DNA of 24,000 nucleotides from Candidatus Falkowbacteria bacterium CG10_big_fil_rev_8_21_14_0_10_44_15 (GTDB lineage Bacteria; Patescibacteriota; Patescibacteriia; Patescibacteriales; XYC2-FULL-47-12): positions 29,385-53,384 of the forward strand of contig PFAT01000003.1 in assembly GCA_002773575.1 (NCBI GenBank), given 5' to 3'. Position numbers and translations under genes: made by a program. Shown one piece after another: positions 21,140 through 24,000 of the stretch. Within the stretch, counting starts at the first letter, position 1; each line of letters begins with the position of its first letter. Under the pieces are notes generated by a model. The model searched no databases and was not told where the DNA came from. It saw only the letters and a program-made list of their open reading frames with translations.

Positions 21140-21832
21140 TTACGTTTTATTTAAAAATAAATAGCTTCCGCCACAATATTTAGTAATAAGTTGGCAGACT
21201 TTTTCTGCTCCCTGTCGTAGGTAGTCGGCCGCAGTTGCCGAGTTGCCTTGGATAATAATGAAAAGATCCGAACTTTCGGTTGTAACCTTTGTAGGGTTAA
21301 CTTGTAATACTTCCAATCGACAAATGATATTATTCAAATCATCAATATACGCATATTCGCTTGGGAATACTTTTTCCGGCTCAATTTTTCCAAGTGGCAC
21401 GAAAACCTCTGAACCGCTTGTTAGGCGAAGTGTGATATTACCGTTAATTTTTTCTATATCGTGCGCACCAAGCGCCAATCCTGCCTGCAATGAAACAAGA
21501 TTATAAATGTCTACGACTGTGTTGATATGAGGGAAACGACCACGCTCAAGAAATTGGCGTCGCAGATTTTCTGGAGAGGCCACATAGTCACGATTACTTC
21601 GGCCAATTTTTGTATGTAGGTCTCGGAAACCAGCAAGAATGGGATCGTCGTTATATTTCTTGCCTGCGAATTTTTGAGCCAGATCATTTCTAATGTGTTC
21701 AAGTTCGGCAGTTTTGTATAATTCAAAATCACTATTTTCGGAGGTATTGTGGATGTCACTGATTCTAGCTGTAATAATTTTTACACCTAAATTTAACACC
21801 TCTGGGGTAACTGAAAATTGTAATTCGCGCAT
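21140..21832 (-). CDS. B3/4 domain protein (PheRS-beta B3/B4-like tRNA-binding fold)
   Basis: 230-aa ORF. PHINTVVDIYNLVSLQAGLALGAHDIEKINGNITLRL is typical of stand-alone B3_4 domain proteins. Confidence 0.8.
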   Translation of the reverse strand: MRELQFSVTPEVLNLGVKIITARISDIHNTSENSDFELYKTAELEHIRNDLAQKFAGKKYNDDPILAGFRDLHTKIGRSNRDYVASPENLRRQFLERGRFPHINTVVDIYNLVSLQAGLALGAHDIEKINGNITLRLTSGSEVFVPLGKIEPEKVFPSEYAYIDDLNNIICRLEVLQVNPTKVTTESSDLFIIIQGNSATAADYLRQGAEKVCQLITKYCGGSYLFLNKT

Positions 21833-22001
21833 AGAAATTCTAGTAATTTAGACTAATTCGGTTTTTTGACTGTTCGCACAGGCAAAAAACACAATAGCCC
21901 CCTTTAAATAAAATGTAAAAATTTTGTTTCGCATCCTTTTGATCGTCAATCGTCACGGGAAAATATAAAAAACGATAAAAAATTTATTTCGTACAACGTT
22001 C

Positions 22002-22105
22002 CTGAATATGCGATGTTTGCCGTAGCGTAGCGGAGGCAAATATGGGTGAAAAAACATTGCGACCAATCACATCTAAGGGGAAATGTTTTTGAACCGCATA
22101 TTCAG
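22002..22105. other. 104-nt three-way-junction fold or MITE-like inverted-repeat element in a 400-bp non-coding region
   Basis: P1 ctgaatatgcg (22002-22012) / cgcatattcag (22095-22105). P2 tttgcc (22016-22021) / ggcaaa (22035-22040), extendable to 9 bp with a plus-strand G-U pair. P3 aaaaacatt (22050-22058) / aatgttttt (22082-22090). Confidence 0.35.
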
Positions 22106-22172
22106 TGTTATACGCTGTTCTAAAAATATTTTTCTTTCTTAATGTCTTTTGATATGCTGTTTATAAGTTATA

Positions 22173-22200
22173 TTGACTTTTTTAGTATACCTGGTATACT
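22173..22200 (+). promoter_or_regulatory. strong sigma70-like promoter with overlapping 17-nt palindrome (operator candidate)
   Basis: TTGACT (22173-22178), 16 nt, TGgTATACT (22192-22200). The perfect palindrome agtatacc-t-ggtatact (22184-22200) covers the spacer and the -10 element. Confidence 0.45.
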
Positions 22201-22222
22201 ACAGTCATCACCATGAAAGAGA

Positions 22223-22263
22223 CCCTTGCCGGGGTTAGTCCCGGCCGGGGGCTTTTTCTTTTT
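22223..22263 (+). terminator. plus-strand intrinsic terminator overlapping the NYN stop codon
   Basis: gccgggg-ttag-tcccggc forms a 7-bp stem (one G-U pair, plus strand only), extended by ccc/ggg. It is followed by CTTTTTCTTTTT. There is no U-tract in the minus orientation. Confidence 0.45.
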
Positions 22264-22750
22264 GAGCATGTTCCAAAATTCCGCGCTGTGTGTCCAAATA
22301 AAGTATGGGAATATTGATTTTTCTAAGCAGAAAAGAACACTTATTACTGGGTGAAACCAGTGTTCGCAAGACCTGTCTTTCTTTAAAAAATTTAGCCAAA
22401 CTGGAATAGTCGCCATCGCTTGAAACCAAAACCGATTGATCAAATTTTTTCTCAAAATAATCAACAACTGCTTTGAGGACCAAATCCGCATCGCAGTTTC
22501 CTTTTATGCGCCCTTCGCCGTCGTAGGTCGTTTCTTTGAAAATGAGCGTAAACCCGGCTTCCTGCAAGCTGGTATATAGATCTTTGTGCTTGGGAACCAG
22601 GCCGATGAAAAGATAGGCCTGGCTAACGCCGTACTTCTCTTTCAGCCAGATCCGAAATTTCGCGTAATCCAATTGCCAGCCCAGCTGAATAACGCCTCTA
22701 TGTAAGTTGGCGGCGTCAATGTAGGCGAAGTTGTTTGGTGTTGGTTTCAT
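22235..22750 (-). CDS. NYN-domain (LabA/DUF88-like, PIN-related) putative ribonuclease
   Basis: NFAYIDAANL..., KGNCDADLVLKAV and VLVSSDGDYSSLAKF match the NYN catalytic Asp pattern. I prefer the ATG at 22750; the track TTG at 22843 adds 31 residues that cross a GC-rich hairpin. Confidence 0.75.
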   Translation of the reverse strand: MKPTPNNFAYIDAANLHRGVIQLGWQLDYAKFRIWLKEKYGVSQAYLFIGLVPKHKDLYTSLQEAGFTLIFKETTYDGEGRIKGNCDADLVLKAVVDYFEKKFDQSVLVSSDGDYSSLAKFFKERQVLRTLVSPSNKCSFLLRKINIPILYLDTQRGILEHAQKEKAPGRD

Positions 22751-22839
22751 AAATTGATAGGTAAAGCGCGGAGGGGAACCAAAGGGGTGCCTGCCCGCCT
22801 CATAGGCAGGTTCAAGGGAAATATCTGTATTTGATAGAA

Positions 22840-24000
22840 TCAAAACGTCAGTGTAATTAACCTGACTTCTTTGCCTGTGTTATAGATAATATTATTGCCG
22901 TCTGTGGACCAACGAGGTTCGCGGTACTCTCCCGACTCGGTTGTAAGCTGCGTTTTTTCTCCTGTTTCGGCATTAAAAATCCAGAGCTGTTTGTTTAGAT
23001 TGTATACGCCGTATTTACTATCAGGGCTAAAGCTTGCACTAACCCACCCCGTTTCTCGTACATCTCCTTGGGTGGACAGGATTTGCACCTCACTGCCGTC
23101 ACTCAAATTTTTTACGAATACGTTTATTTGCTGATGGAAATAATCGTTTTGGTCTCTACGGTCTTGTTGAGCGGTTACAACAAGTGCCTTTGACTCATCT
23201 GGAGATAGCAGTGTTCTTTTGCCGTAACCTTCAAATGGGATAATTGCCTCTTTGTCTGTCATATCAAACAATTCCGCGTTTCCCGATAGCAAGTAGCGAC
23301 TATCACTTGACCATCGGAATTCAGGATTACTTACCTCAATACCCATTGTTACTTTATCAAACCAGACAAGCTCATCAAGTGATTGCGCTCCTTGTGGGAG
23401 CACGAACAATCGGTAGTCGTAGGGCATGGAATCGTCGTAGGCTGTGTATGGGCTGATGAACGCCGCGTATTTTTTGTTTGGCGAGAAGCTAAGTCCGTCA
23501 ACACGCTTTCCGCAGGTTTCTAAATTTGGATTGCAGTATTTCACCTCGTCTAATAAATCATATCCTGGAGGTTCGTCTAGCGTGCGGTCAGTGAGCTGAA
23601 TACTTTCTGCCAGTGTGGCGATTTTTTTGTCGGTCACTAATTGGTTATTACCATTCCATGTTGGTGTCCCCGCAACGATACTGTCTTTAATTTCTGTTTC
23701 AGCAAGCGTTTCTATATTTGTATCGTAGATGGAATACGTTATATATTCAGGCAGTCCAATGTCTGTTATACCAACATTTTCAGTGACGTAGAACTTGCTT
23801 GCGTCTGGTGACCAAGTAGTATCTTTAAGTTGATATTCACCTTCCAAAATAATGTTGTCAGATTGGATGGTCACGGCATCAAGCGACGCGAAGAGGTGTG
23901 TCTCTTTGCTTTGTATGTAGAAGTAGTAAGCACCAAAGATAACGATTAGCGTTACTGCTATCAGTGCTATAGTGTAGGATTTTTGGTTATTCATATGCAT
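22840..24000 (-). CDS. membrane-anchored PD40/TolB-like beta-propeller protein
   Basis: N-terminal TM segment YTIALIAVTLIVIFGAYYFY and six (F/W)SPD-type blades (WSPDASKF, SFSPNKKY, RWSSDSRY, LLSPDESK, SFSPDSKY, RWSTDGNN). The start lies at the window edge (ATG at 24000 or 23994), and an upstream start outside the window cannot be excluded. Confidence 0.75.
   Translation of the reverse strand: MHMNNQKSYTIALIAVTLIVIFGAYYFYIQSKETHLFASLDAVTIQSDNIILEGEYQLKDTTWSPDASKFYVTENVGITDIGLPEYITYSIYDTNIETLAETEIKDSIVAGTPTWNGNNQLVTDKKIATLAESIQLTDRTLDEPPGYDLLDEVKYCNPNLETCGKRVDGLSFSPNKKYAAFISPYTAYDDSMPYDYRLFVLPQGAQSLDELVWFDKVTMGIEVSNPEFRWSSDSRYLLSGNAELFDMTDKEAIIPFEGYGKRTLLSPDESKALVVTAQQDRRDQNDYFHQQINVFVKNLSDGSEVQILSTQGDVRETGWVSASFSPDSKYGVYNLNKQLWIFNAETGEKTQLTTESGEYREPRWSTDGNNIIYNTGKEVRLITLTF

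Noticed and set aside
22002-22105. Assignment of the three-way junction to a known riboswitch class
   Set aside because: From memory it lacks the CUGAGA / ACCUGAUCUGGAUAAUGCCAGCG elements of TPP, the loop-loop motifs of purine aptamers, and the glycine or c-di-GMP-I cores. No class can be named without a covariance-model search.
22213-22317. 34-codon plus-strand ORF (MKETLAGVSPGRGLFLFEHVPKFRAVCPNKVWEY) downstream of the orphan promoter
   Set aside because: There is no SD, and the intrinsic terminator lies inside the ORF. The peptide is simply the antisense reading of the NYN C-terminus. The non-coding antisense RNA interpretation is preferred.
22168-22491. 107-aa minus-strand ORF in an alternative frame over the NYN 3' region
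   Set aside because: It overlaps the NYN frame, which carries the family motifs, and it runs through the promoter and terminator structures.
22751-22843. 31-codon N-terminal extension of the NYN ORF from a TTG overlapping the upstream stop
   Set aside because: NYN proteins normally begin a few residues before the (F/Y)IDxxN strand, as with the ATG at 22750. The extension (EPAYEAGRHPFGSPPR) crosses a GC-rich hairpin (cctgcc-cgcctcata-ggcagg, 22790-22810). That looks like an intergenic element. Its GGAGGGGAACCA similarity to 12540-12551 is too short to be significant.
1-24000. Prophage, IS element, integrase or canonical defence system (RM, CBASS, TA pairs, Cas genes)
   Set aside because: No ORF shows transposase/integrase DDE or tyrosine-recombinase motifs, Cas signatures, methyltransferase-endonuclease pairs or small adjacent toxin-antitoxin ORFs. 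Only the NYN gene with its antisense unit is kept, as a speculative candidate.

Overview
This window reads as a contiguous chromosomal fragment of a small-genome, moderately AT-rich bacterium. The gene content (minimal housekeeping genes, several glycosyltransferases, one large repeat-domain surface protein, MreB, small membrane proteins, very short spacers) is reminiscent of Patescibacteria/CPR, but I cannot verify that without a database. I can support about 28 protein-coding genes, one gene remnant, two tRNAs (His-GTG, Thr-TGT), several intrinsic terminators and a few sigma70-like promoters. Left block (1-7.5 kb): partial PRTase-like gene, TrpR/YerC-like regulator, LOG/TIGR00725-like protein, HAD hydrolase, APH-fold kinase, two divergent AstE/AspA-family deacylases, GNAT, then hisS with tRNA-His. 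Centre (8.4-20.7 kb): SpoU methyltransferase, acylphosphatase, DUF167, uppS, rarA, two GT4, tRNA-Thr, an 849-aa surface protein, two GT2, mreB. Right block (20.7-24 kb, minus strand): DUF302, B3/4-domain protein, NYN-domain protein, PD40 beta-propeller protein. I saw no CRISPR array, transposase, integrase or recognisable defence operon. Five observations stand out. (i) A family of GC-rich palindromic elements sits in frame inside conserved genes, and the same DNA module is read in all three frames in three genes (RPE-like). (ii) The tRNA-His has no encoded G-1 and has A73, directly downstream of a HisRS whose motif 2 looks eukaryote/archaeal-like. (iii) A 400-bp non-coding region holds a three-way-junction fold plus an orphan promoter/operator/terminator unit antisense to the 3' end of the NYN gene. 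(iv) A heptanucleotide tandem repeat lies inside a glycosyltransferase gene. (v) A nucleotide-centric gene cluster sits next to a TrpR-like regulator. All family assignments come from motif recognition by eye and need HMM or BLAST confirmation.
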